Source: a bacterium (GTDB lineage: Bacteria > Fidelibacterota > Marinisomatia > Marinisomatales > JAHJCW01). Taken from it: 51,106 nucleotides of DNA. The notes under the pieces were generated by a model. The model was not told where the DNA came from and made no database searches. It worked only from the letters and a program-made list of their open reading frames with translations. Shown piece by piece: positions 1-8,523 of the stretch; position 1 is the stretch's first letter, and each line of letters begins with the position of its first letter. The position numbers and the translations under genes are program-made. The DNA is taken from positions 1-51,106 of the forward strand of contig JAUWFQ010000001.1 of assembly GCA_030606865.1 (NCBI GenBank). Reading direction: 5' to 3'.

Positions 1-334
1 ATTCGATACTACTTATTTGAAGGGCAATATCTAATATTGTCTCTTTACCCGTACTAATCATTATTTCGTTAATTTGATAGGTCTCATATCCTATCATACT
101 TACTTGAATGCTTTGCCGTCCAACAGGAACTTTTTCTAAAATAAAATAACCGTCAATATCACAAGCTCTTCCAATTGTAGGGTAAGAATTCAATATCACC
201 ACGGAAGCTCCAATCAATGCTTCTTGTGTAACTGCATCCACAACTTTTCCTCTAATGGTTTGTGTGATGGTTTGTGACTGAATTATTCCCAAAAAGGAGA
301 TAATACCTATTACTGTTAAGAATATTCGTTTCAT
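1..334 (-). CDS. TonB-dependent (SusC/RagA-like) outer-membrane receptor, N-terminal fragment running off the window
   Basis: My own reverse-strand translation from the ATG at 334-332 reads MKRIFLTVIGIISFLGIIQSQTITQTIRGKVVDAVTQEALIGASVVILNSYPTIGRACDIDGYFILEKVPVGRQSIQVSMIGYETYQ... It shows a signal peptide followed by the carboxypeptidase-regulatory-like pattern (GxVxD..G..V....TD.DGxF) that heads TonB-linked receptors. The frame is open to base 1. The ATG overlaps the TGA of the upstream CPBP gene (ATGA, 331-334). It is absent from the ORF track because it has no stop in the window. Confidence 0.6.
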   Translation of the reverse strand, partial: MKRIFLTVIGIISFLGIIQSQTITQTIRGKVVDAVTQEALIGASVVILNSYPTIGRACDIDGYFILEKVPVGRQSIQVSMIGYETYQINEIMISTGKETILDIALQISSIE

Positions 335-1146
335 CTTATGGTCCTTTTAAAAAAGAAATCTTTTTCTGTGGTTAACAAATAGATAGACAATGCTAACAGC
401 AGTGCTGTTTGAATTACTTTACTCATTGGATGCGTTTGGAATATTTCATTGAACAGACCAGCTGTAATATGAAATATAATAGTGATTAAAATGCTGCGGT
501 TTGCTTTATAATAGAGCCAATTCATAATAATGACAAACGGGAAAAGACTCACAATAAAATTGATGGAATAAATTAGACCTTCTTCTACTAAGTTGCTGTG
601 ATAATAGTTATTGATAAACGATAACGGAATATGCCATATACCCCAATATAGGGCGAAAAGCGCAGAAGTGTAAAAAAGATTGAAACGATTACGAAGACAA
701 TCTGTCCCATAAGAGTGCCAAATCAACTCTTCAAGTAACGGTGCTATAATTAACAGAAACCAAACTGGAAATACTCCCGATGAAAAAGAGAATTGTTCGG
801 CTAACTTGAATTGCATAGGACTATAATTGAATAGCAAAGAAATTGATTGTGCCAAAAGAATACTAAATAGCATCAAGCAACAACTGATAATGAAATATTT
901 TATTTTTATAGATTTTGAAAACAATAGTCGGCTCTTCATATCATTCAGCATTGACTTGTTTTTATAAGTTATTCCAAATACAACCAGAATAGGCGACAAC
1001 AGTCCAAAAAAAGCGATAATACTTGCTTGGTTTTCATATCCTGCAGGTAAATGGCTTATATATGCAGCTAAAGACCAAAAACCCCAAGGTAACAATGTGG
1101 CAAGTAGGTAAAAATGACCGGGTTTGTTGTAATTTTCTATTTGCAT
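331..1146 (-). CDS. CPBP family intramembrane glutamic endopeptidase (CAAX protease / Abi family)
   Basis: 271 aa polytopic membrane protein with the CPBP motif 1 context PLLEELIWHSYG (EExxxH/R) and a later FHITAGLFNE (HxxxN-type) motif. Confidence 0.75.
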   Translation of the reverse strand: MQIENYNKPGHFYLLATLLPWGFWSLAAYISHLPAGYENQASIIAFFGLLSPILVVFGITYKNKSMLNDMKSRLLFSKSIKIKYFIISCCLMLFSILLAQSISLLFNYSPMQFKLAEQFSFSSGVFPVWFLLIIAPLLEELIWHSYGTDCLRNRFNLFYTSALFALYWGIWHIPLSFINNYYHSNLVEEGLIYSINFIVSLFPFVIIMNWLYYKANRSILITIIFHITAGLFNEIFQTHPMSKVIQTALLLALSIYLLTTEKDFFFKRTIR

Positions 1147-1207
1147 CTCTTTTTGCTTTTTAAACTACTGCAAATTAATAACACAAAAAGGTGCAAGTCG
1201 TCCGTAT

Positions 1208-1247
1208 GGGTAGGATGGGACTACTTAGTGATGCAAACGGGTAGGAT
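1208..1247 (-). promoter_or_regulatory. direct repeat of GGGTAGGAT (ATCCTACCC on the gene strand), 31-bp period, upstream of the CPBP protease gene
   Basis: Exact 9-mers at 1208-1216 and 1239-1247 sit in the 120-nt gap between the AraC-family gene stop and the CPBP start. They lie 62 and 93 nt upstream of the CPBP ATG. Confidence 0.3.
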
Positions 1248-1266
1248 TGTACACTATTGTTATATT

Positions 1267-2379
1267 TTAGTTGTTTGAAATATAATGGCTTGGTGTTTCG
1301 CCAGTGTGGTTTTTAAAATTGCTATTGAATGATGATTTAGAGTTAAAACCCGCTTCAAATGCTAAAGCAAGAATACTATAATGAGGACTTTCTTTTGCCA
1401 ATTTTTTAAATTCTTCCACCCTGTACTTATTAATAAAATCATGGAAATTCATTTTTTCGTATTGGTTAATAACTTGCGATAAATGGTTTGAAGACACATT
1501 TATTAGCAAAGATAGTTTTCCTAGTGATAGTTTAGAATTTAAATAGGGTTTCTCTTTACGCATTGTTTCTAACAAACGTTTATGAAACTTTTCTGCAATT
1601 TCCGGTTTTAAACCTGATTTTTTGTACTCAGATTTGGGTTCTATAATGGGTTCGTTCCCTATTTTGCAACTGAACAGATCTTGCTGACGGATGCCATTAT
1701 AACCAAATACTATAATCAATATAATTGCCAATCCGTAAAAAAGATTATCAGCCAAAAAACTGAATTGAAACCCAACAATCATACGAAGAATCAAAACAAT
1801 TAGAGCCATCAAAATTACGGCACAAAAGCCCAGAATAATGTTTTTTAACCATCTTAGATTTATACCTTCGTTGTATGAGAAATTGGCTTCAACCATTTTT
1901 TTGTATCTGATAAGCAAACGATACGAAAGGATGGGATATACAACAATTGATATAACAAAACCAATTAATGATAGATTAATAAAAGTGTCAAATTTGTCTA
2001 ACCCTCCGATATCTACTAACTTTTTTTGTTCAACCGTGAAAAAGAAAATGAAATCAATCATATACGCGTATGATAAAAGTATAGGCAAAAAATGGAGATA
2101 ATCAATTTTTCTTAATCGTTTTTCTTCTTTTAAAGAGAAGAGAGTATATAGGTAAAGCATTGGTCCGTGAAAAAACGGAAAAGGACTTGCCAATCCGATA
2201 AGATGTGGGTATTGCTCCCAAAGTCCTTGAGTATAAAGGTAGTAGTAAAGTAACTGAATCCCTGTAATAGACATCCAAACTGCCAATATCTTATCAGGTA
2301 AGGTTTTGCCATTTTTAGTAAATAGCAAAACCGAAATAAAAAATGCAAGAAATATGCCAATGATATAAACTATATCCAT
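1267..2379 (-). CDS. AraC-family transcriptional regulator with N-terminal multi-pass membrane domain
   Basis: The N-terminal ~230 aa are hydrophobic, with several predicted TM helices. The C-terminus has the AraC HTH signature LSLGKLSLLINVSSNHLSQVIN...ILALAFEAGFNSKSSFNSNFKNHTGETPSHY. Confidence 0.85.
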   Translation of the reverse strand: MDIVYIIGIFLAFFISVLLFTKNGKTLPDKILAVWMSITGIQLLYYYLYTQGLWEQYPHLIGLASPFPFFHGPMLYLYTLFSLKEEKRLRKIDYLHFLPILLSYAYMIDFIFFFTVEQKKLVDIGGLDKFDTFINLSLIGFVISIVVYPILSYRLLIRYKKMVEANFSYNEGINLRWLKNIILGFCAVILMALIVLILRMIVGFQFSFLADNLFYGLAIILIIVFGYNGIRQQDLFSCKIGNEPIIEPKSEYKKSGLKPEIAEKFHKRLLETMRKEKPYLNSKLSLGKLSLLINVSSNHLSQVINQYEKMNFHDFINKYRVEEFKKLAKESPHYSILALAFEAGFNSKSSFNSNFKNHTGETPSHYISNN

Positions 2380-2587
2380 TCGTTTTATTTTGAACCTACA
2401 AAGTTACAATATTATCCAAAGTAAGATAGCGAAAAACAGATTTTTTACAAACAGAAGTGTTGATTTATTGTAATGATTTGCAAATGTGCAGTTTGTTAAT
2501 CGTATCTGGAAGACCGCCGCCCTTCAGCTAATATGGATCCGTATTTGGTTTGCGCCAAGTTGATCGAAACGATCTGTGATTAATCAT

Positions 2588-3847
2588 CTAATAAATTGAT
2601 TTAACACAAGATTCAGCTGCTAACCATCCGGTAGAATATGCAATTTGTAGATTATACCCGCCGGTATTTGCATCTACATCTATAACCTCGCCGGCAAAGT
2701 ATAGATTTTTAACCAATTTTGATTGCATCGTTTTTGGCTCAATTTCTTTAGTTTTAATTCCGCCGGCAGTAATAATTGCTTCTTTGAAATGTCGATATCC
2801 GGCTACTTCAAATCTTAAATCTTTCATTAACGACTTAATTTTATTCCTTTCTTGACCTGTAATTTGATGTCCTTCTTTAATGGGATCAATGTCACATGCT
2901 TTAATAAACAATGGTATTAGTTTCGCTGGAAGCCAAAACTTAAAAATATTGTCAATCTGCTTTTTACCGTATTTGTTTAAATCACGCAATAGACGCTTAT
3001 CAAGCTTCGAAACGTCAAGCGCGGGTTTTAGATCAATTGAAATATCAATTTTACTATTATTAATAAGTTCCTTAACAATAAATCTACTTAAGGTTAGAAT
3101 AATTGGTCCCGATAGTCCAAAATGTGTAAAAAGCATTTCACCAAATGCTTCAGTTTGTTTTTTGCCATTTATCCAAACAATAACTTTAACATTTTTTAGG
3201 GCAAGTCCTTGTAATTGCTCTGCAAGATTTCCTTTTGTGACAATCGGCACGAGAGCCGGAAATGGTGATTCAATAGTATGCCCGACAGATTTTGCAAGAA
3301 TGTATCCATCTCCTGTTGAACCGGTTGCCGGATAAGATTTTCCGCCGGTACATATAATTACTTTCTTGGCAGCTATTTGCTTTTTTTGTCCATTTTCAAT
3401 TATTTTTACACCAGACACACTATTTTGATCAATTAAAAGTCCAGTTACTTTACAATTATAAATGAATTCAGCACCATATTTTTTTACATTTGATAATAAG
3501 GTATTTAGAATATCAGCAGATTTATTACTAGCGGGAAAAACCCTTCCTCCTCTTTCAATGACAGTTTCAACGCCATAATTATGTAGTAGATCAATGATAT
3601 CTTTAGAGAAAAATTTGTAAAATGCATGTTTCAAAAAACGCCCATTGGGATGGATGTTTTTCATAAATTCATCTATATCATCTGAGTTGGTTATATTGCA
3701 GCGACCTTTACCGGAAAGTAATAATTTTATACCGGGGCGACGCATTTTTTCTATAACCAAAACATTTGCATCCAACTTTGCTGCTCGTCCGGCAGCAATT
3801 AATCCGGCTACACCGGCACCGATAACAAGAACATCGTAATTATTCAA
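2588..3847 (-). CDS. NAD(P)/FAD-dependent oxidoreductase, HI0933/YhiN (BaiN-like) flavoprotein family
   Basis: N-terminal Rossmann motif DVLVIGAGVAGLIAAGRAA, a length of 419 aa and the C-terminal GGYNLQIAYSTG motif are typical of the family. The start overlaps the carbonic anhydrase stop by 8 nt. Confidence 0.85.
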   Translation of the reverse strand: MNNYDVLVIGAGVAGLIAAGRAAKLDANVLVIEKMRRPGIKLLLSGKGRCNITNSDDIDEFMKNIHPNGRFLKHAFYKFFSKDIIDLLHNYGVETVIERGGRVFPASNKSADILNTLLSNVKKYGAEFIYNCKVTGLLIDQNSVSGVKIIENGQKKQIAAKKVIICTGGKSYPATGSTGDGYILAKSVGHTIESPFPALVPIVTKGNLAEQLQGLALKNVKVIVWINGKKQTEAFGEMLFTHFGLSGPIILTLSRFIVKELINNSKIDISIDLKPALDVSKLDKRLLRDLNKYGKKQIDNIFKFWLPAKLIPLFIKACDIDPIKEGHQITGQERNKIKSLMKDLRFEVAGYRHFKEAIITAGGIKTKEIEPKTMQSKLVKNLYFAGEVIDVDANTGGYNLQIAYSTGWLAAESCVKSIY

Positions 3848-4418
3848 AGAAATTTACTTGACCTGATTCAAGACTATAATAAGCCGGGAAGATTTTGAGC
3901 GCGTTTTTGTCTATCGTTTTTGCGATAATACTGGATTCTACAATCAATTTTTCTGCTGTCAGCTTGGTATGTATATGTGAAACTTCATCAATATTTTTGC
4001 TGTCTGAATCGATTATTGCCGGTTGAATAAAATTCAGTAAATGATAAAGGTTCTTTCCATTATTACTATCTGCTAACGCAGCTGTAACCGCTCCACAATT
4101 TTGATGACCTAATACAACAATTAATTTTACATTTAAGTGCACAACTGCATATTCTACGCTTGCAATTGATGAAGTGTTGGCAACATTTCCGGCAACACGA
4201 ATTACAAAAAGCTCACCAATTCCGGTATCAAATATTAATTCCGGGACAACACGGCTATCGGAACAGGTGAGGATAACTGCAAATGGTTTTTGACCATCAA
4301 CTACATCCTTCCTTCGTGATGAATCCTGCAAATGATTATTTAGGTTGTTATTAACATAATTATTATTACCGGTTTCAAGCCGTTCTAATGCGTTTTCCCA
4401 TGTTGGCGATTTTTTCAT
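3840..4418 (-). CDS. beta-class carbonic anhydrase
   Basis: Zinc-ligand motifs CSDSRV and HQNCGAV are present at the expected spacing. Length is 192 aa. Confidence 0.9.
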   Translation of the reverse strand: MKKSPTWENALERLETGNNNYVNNNLNNHLQDSSRRKDVVDGQKPFAVILTCSDSRVVPELIFDTGIGELFVIRVAGNVANTSSIASVEYAVVHLNVKLIVVLGHQNCGAVTAALADSNNGKNLYHLLNFIQPAIIDSDSKNIDEVSHIHTKLTAEKLIVESSIIAKTIDKNALKIFPAYYSLESGQVNFFE

Positions 4419-4435
4419 TTTATTATCTCATCAAA

Positions 4436-5329
4436 TCATGGATAAAGATTGAATTTTCTATCTTTTAAAAGTTTAGCTTGTCTTTCCAAATATTCATTCA
4501 TTGAAAGGGTCAAATTGTATTTCATTTTAAGTCCAATTGAGTACCCACCAAGGTCAGGGAAAATACTTGCTCTATTGATATTCATTTTCTGTAAGTTTCT
4601 TAGAACTTCATTTTTTAATGATGTTGGTAAGCAAAGTTTTACCACAGTTTTTTCTACATCATCTTCTAAGAATTCTAATTGCTCCATAAAAGTTTCATAG
4701 GAATTGCCCGGGCTAATAAAAATTGATTGTTGCAAAGCATATCTTTTATTCATTTTAAATGGTTCTACTGGTAAAATGCAACTTTTATCATTTCTAAAAA
4801 AAAGATCTTCAAAATCTTTATCTGTCAATTTTCTCCTTGTTTTTTCAAAGTCTTCGTCAGAATAGCTGCTGCGAGCTTTTTCAATTTCTTCACTATGTCT
4901 TAGATCAAGATATTGTATTGCCCTTTCCGCTAAAACATCACAATTTATTGCCCAAACAGCTATTGTTTTTTTCTTAATATCCACATTTTCAAAAGCAAAA
5001 TATGAAGCAATATATGGTGATTTTGTGAAATCAAGTAATCGTGTTGGTGCTCCATGATGTTGCATTAATGCCAGCCACTCGATAATATTTTCTGGCAATT
5101 CCTTCTCAGTAAGAAAGTTTTTAGCACCTCTCTGGAAGTCAATAAGAAAAGAATGCTCAATACCATCATGCAATCTAAAAAAACAAGTTCTTTCTAGTGA
5201 AGATTTCAAATCCCATTCAGAATTTGATTGCCCACGAAAAAACCAATTGTCCGAAAGATTATCAACAAAATGTAAAAATTGGCTCCAGCTCTTAAAGTTT
5301 TTGGTAGTATATAATCTTTTCATTTTCAT
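4436..5329 (-). CDS. FRG domain-containing protein (function unknown)
   Basis: Name-giving FRGQSNSEWDL motif near the N-terminus, followed by the conserved LMQHHGAPTRLLDFTKSPYIASYFA block and a C-terminal IFPDLGG motif. It sits 17 nt upstream of the carbonic anhydrase gene on the same strand. Confidence 0.8.
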   Translation of the reverse strand: MKMKRLYTTKNFKSWSQFLHFVDNLSDNWFFRGQSNSEWDLKSSLERTCFFRLHDGIEHSFLIDFQRGAKNFLTEKELPENIIEWLALMQHHGAPTRLLDFTKSPYIASYFAFENVDIKKKTIAVWAINCDVLAERAIQYLDLRHSEEIEKARSSYSDEDFEKTRRKLTDKDFEDLFFRNDKSCILPVEPFKMNKRYALQQSIFISPGNSYETFMEQLEFLEDDVEKTVVKLCLPTSLKNEVLRNLQKMNINRASIFPDLGGYSIGLKMKYNLTLSMNEYLERQAKLLKDRKFNLYP

Positions 5330-5348
5330 TTCCTCAGAGTTTTAATAG

Positions 5349-5373
5349 ACACAATAACCGCTAAACACAATAA
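5349..5373 (-). promoter_or_regulatory. direct repeat ACACAATAA x2 (16-bp period) in the FRG / lipase divergent intergenic region
   Basis: Exact 9-mers at 5349-5357 and 5365-5373, starting 20 nt upstream of the FRG gene ATG (5329). The background is AT-rich, so chance occurrence is not excluded. Confidence 0.2.
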
Positions 5374-5448
5374 AGTTGCAGATAAATAATTTAAAAACAC
5401 TTTATTGAATAAATAATTATACTTATTTATTTTTAAATTTACGTCGAT

Positions 5449-6663
5449 ATGAAACTAATTAAAAAATGTCTTCCGCTGCTAATTTTATTTATTTCATCAT
5501 TGTTTGCCCAAAATAATTACCCAATTGTTCTTGTTCACGGTTTTCTTGGTTGGGGACCGGAAGAAATGGTTGGATACAAATATTGGGGCGGATTTTGGGA
5601 TATTGAAGAATATCTTGAGGAAAAAGGTTTCATGGTTATTACTGTTTCTGTTGGTCCGGTATCTTCTAATTGGGAACGTGCGGTAGAAATATATTATCAA
5701 TTGAAAGGTGGTCAGGTAGATTATGGTAAAAATCATGCCGATAAATTTGGTGTAATACAAAAACCTGTCGGTAAAATATTTACTGGGCTTTACCCTGATT
5801 GGGACTCCGAGCATCCTGTGCATTTGATCGGTCATAGCATGGGCGGACAAACAGTCCGTATGTTAGATTATCTACTGGAAAACTCCTTTTATGCCGATTC
5901 ACTGAAGACTCAGTATGAGAATAATGAATTATTAGGGCAATCATATTCGGGCTGGATAAAGTCCATTACAACAATTTCTTCACCACATAACGGTACCACT
6001 TATTTTGATATAAGAATGAAAACCTTACCGTTCTTTCAAAATTTCATTGGTTTAGCGGCTGTAATAGGGTCTGATTTCTATGATTTTGATCTACAGCATT
6101 GGGATTTGGAGCAAAAAGAGGGTGAAAGTTGGCAGGATTATTATAATCGCATGGATAACCATGCGGCGTGGGAATCCAAAAACATAAGCAATTGGGATTT
6201 AAGCATCGATGGGGCACGAGAATTGAATACTTATGTTAAAGCAAATCCGCATGTTTACTATTTTTCATTTGGGACAAGCTCTTCATATCGTGATCCACAA
6301 ACAGGATTTTATGTCCCCGGGAAGAAAGTTTTCGTGTCATTACTATCGAATGTCAAAAAGATTGGCCAGGAAATAACATATTTTGCCGACGGAACAAAAA
6401 CCGATTCAACTTGGTTCGAGAACGATGGGGTGGTCAATACTAATTCGATGTGGGGACCTACCACCGGTTTAAACGGACCTGATAAAATTATGAAATATTC
6501 TTCTGATGAAAATCTGTTCCCCGGACAATGGTACACTTTCGGTCCTTATGAAATGGACCATTACTATGTAATCGGTCAAGCAATAATCAATAAGAAAAAA
6601 AGGAACAAACTTTATAAAATTTATTTTGATCACTGTCAGCTACTATATTCTCTGCCAAAATAA
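5449..6663 (+). CDS. secreted triacylglycerol lipase (Staphylococcus/Geobacillus-type, family I.5/I.6-like alpha/beta hydrolase)
   Basis: Signal peptide MKLIKKCLPLLILFISSLFAQ, the oxyanion region PIVLVHGFLGWG, the block VGPVSSNWERAVEIYYQLKGGQVDYG and the nucleophile elbow GHSMGG. Confidence 0.8.
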   Translation: MKLIKKCLPLLILFISSLFAQNNYPIVLVHGFLGWGPEEMVGYKYWGGFWDIEEYLEEKGFMVITVSVGPVSSNWERAVEIYYQLKGGQVDYGKNHADKFGVIQKPVGKIFTGLYPDWDSEHPVHLIGHSMGGQTVRMLDYLLENSFYADSLKTQYENNELLGQSYSGWIKSITTISSPHNGTTYFDIRMKTLPFFQNFIGLAAVIGSDFYDFDLQHWDLEQKEGESWQDYYNRMDNHAAWESKNISNWDLSIDGARELNTYVKANPHVYYFSFGTSSSYRDPQTGFYVPGKKVFVSLLSNVKKIGQEITYFADGTKTDSTWFENDGVVNTNSMWGPTTGLNGPDKIMKYSSDENLFPGQWYTFGPYEMDHYYVIGQAIINKKKRNKLYKIYFDHCQLLYSLPK

Positions 6664-6780
6664 ATAATATTTTAACAAAGTTGTTTCATTTCATACAAAC
6701 ATCTAATTTATCAGCACATATTTTAATCTATCAGGTCTTTTATTTTTAATAATTACAATACATAAAATCAGGAATTTTTA

Positions 6781-8187
6781 ATGAATATTAAATTATCTTT
6801 CTTTGGTGCAGCAAAAAATGTTACAGGTTCACGATATTTACTGGAAACGAACAACACAAGAATCCTAATAGACTGTGGCATGTATCAAGAAAGAGATTAT
6901 CGTGGTCGGAACTGGGAACCCTTTCCTGTAGATCCTTCAACAATCGATACTGTTTTATTAACTCACGCCCATGTTGACCATTGCGGATTTTTACCAAAAT
7001 TGGTCCATGATGGATTTAATGGTGATATTTTATGTACTCCTGCCACAGCAGAGATTGCACAAATCGTGTTAATGGATTCAGCAAAAATTCAATTTGAAGA
7101 TGCTAAATACAAGAAAAAACGACATAAAAGAGAAGGTCGAGAAGGACCATATCCGCATATTCCGCTTTATACTATTGATGATGCAAGAGACACAATTAAA
7201 TTATTATGTAAAGTAAAGTATCAGAAAAAAGTAGAAGTCGCCAATAATATTGAAGCAACTTATTACGATGCGGGACATATACTTGGTTCAGCGATGATCA
7301 AGATTATCGTAAGAGATGGCGATGAAAAACGAAGCATTTTATTTTCCGGCGATATTGGACGTCCTAACAAGGTAATCTTACGCGATCCTACGGTTTTCGA
7401 AGAAGCAGATTATGTAATTATGGAATCCACATATGGAAATCGCTACCACCAAGAGATTGATGACATTGATGATAATTTAGAGGAAGTAATTAACGATACC
7501 CATCAATCCGGTGGAAACATAATTATTCCGAGTTTTGCCATAGAACGGTCGCAAGAATTATTGTATGAATTAAATTTATTACTAATGGAAAAAAGAATTC
7601 CCCCGCTAGTAGTATTTGTTGACAGCCCTATGGCAAATAGAGTCACAAAAGTATTTCGTGACCATCCTGAACTGTTTGATAAAGAAATGACAGACTTGTT
7701 AGAAGACCATCACTCACCATTTTCATTTCGTAATTTGAAGCTTGTTAATACTGTTCAGGAATCTAAAGCAGTCAATAACATTCGTGGGACTGCAATTATC
7801 TTAGCTGGATCAGGAATGTGTACAGGTGGCAGAGTAAAACATCATATTGCGAATAATATCACCAATCCAGCGAGCACGTTACTCTTTGTTGGTTACCAAG
7901 CAGTAGGAACTTTGGGAAGAATTATATTAGATGGCGCTGAAGAAATACGATTATTCGGAAAGAAATTTCCGCTGAAAATGAAAGTGAAAAGAATAGAAGG
8001 TTTTTCTGCTCATGCCGGAAAAGATGAATTATTTGATTGGGTAACGAATTTAAAAAAAGCACCTCGACGAGTCTTTATTACGCATGGCGAAGAAGAAGCT
8101 GCAATGCATTTCAGCAATTATTTACATGAAAAGATGGGTTGGAATACTTTTGTTCCCGAATTTAAAGACAAAGTAGTGTTGGATTAA
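6781..8187 (+). CDS. MBL-fold metallo-hydrolase with beta-CASP / RNA-specificity domain (RNase J / CPSF-like ribonuclease)
   Basis: Contains the HAHVDHCG metallo-beta-lactamase motif. Length is 468 aa. A C-terminal FSAHAG...THGE block is typical of beta-CASP RNases. Confidence 0.85.
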   Translation: MNIKLSFFGAAKNVTGSRYLLETNNTRILIDCGMYQERDYRGRNWEPFPVDPSTIDTVLLTHAHVDHCGFLPKLVHDGFNGDILCTPATAEIAQIVLMDSAKIQFEDAKYKKKRHKREGREGPYPHIPLYTIDDARDTIKLLCKVKYQKKVEVANNIEATYYDAGHILGSAMIKIIVRDGDEKRSILFSGDIGRPNKVILRDPTVFEEADYVIMESTYGNRYHQEIDDIDDNLEEVINDTHQSGGNIIIPSFAIERSQELLYELNLLLMEKRIPPLVVFVDSPMANRVTKVFRDHPELFDKEMTDLLEDHHSPFSFRNLKLVNTVQESKAVNNIRGTAIILAGSGMCTGGRVKHHIANNITNPASTLLFVGYQAVGTLGRIILDGAEEIRLFGKKFPLKMKVKRIEGFSAHAGKDELFDWVTNLKKAPRRVFITHGEEEAAMHFSNYLHEKMGWNTFVPEFKDKVVLD

Positions 8188-8190
8188 AAA

Positions 8191-8520
8191 ATGATTAATA
8201 TTAAAGATTTTAGCAAACTTGATTTAAGAATTGGAACTGTTCTTAAGGCTGAATTATTGGATAAAGCCAAAAAACCAGCCTACGTACTTGAAATTGATTT
8301 TGGTAACTTGGGTATAAAAAAATCAAGTGCTCAAATAACTGATTTATATCAACCAAACGATTTGGTAGGAAAACAGATCGTAGCTGTTGTAAATTTATCT
8401 CCGAAAAAAATTGCAGGAATTGCTTCGGAAGTATTAGTGCTAGGAGCTAATAATAAAGACCGAGCGGTCGTTGTTCTTGAATCACAGAAAAATATTCCCA
8501 ATGGAGCTAAAATAAGTTAG
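8191..8520 (+). CDS. csaA: tRNA-binding (EMAP/CsaA-like OB-fold) protein
   Basis: 109 aa with FSKLDLRIGTVLKAE...QIVAVVNLSPKKIAGIASEVLVLGA, the pattern of the tRNA-binding domain. It starts 3 nt after the preceding gene. Confidence 0.75.
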   Translation: MINIKDFSKLDLRIGTVLKAELLDKAKKPAYVLEIDFGNLGIKKSSAQITDLYQPNDLVGKQIVAVVNLSPKKIAGIASEVLVLGANNKDRAVVVLESQKNIPNGAKIS

Positions 8521-8523
8521 TTC

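Noticed and set aside
1838-2360. ORFs 1838-2101 (+) and 2130-2360 (-) overlapping the AraC-family gene
   Set aside because: These are alternative or antisense frames inside the membrane domain of a confidently called gene. An AT-rich hydrophobic coding region naturally leaves other frames open.
2533-2583. 16-codon plus-strand mini-ORF (MDPYLVCAKLIETICD) in the 208-nt gap upstream of the AraC-family gene, next to a locally G+C-rich patch (GGAAGACCGCCGCCCTTC)
   Set aside because: It has no Shine-Dalgarno sequence and is too short to evaluate. The nearby inverted repeat gives only about 5 pairs with a 12-nt loop. I cannot support either a peptide or a terminator.
2880-3335. 151-aa plus-strand ORF (and the 64-aa ORF at 3645-3839) inside the flavoprotein gene
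   Set aside because: Both lie entirely antisense to a well-conserved HI0933-family gene. The translations are Ser/Pro/Arg-rich and low-complexity, with no ribosome-binding site or recognisable motif. They are typical shadow ORFs.
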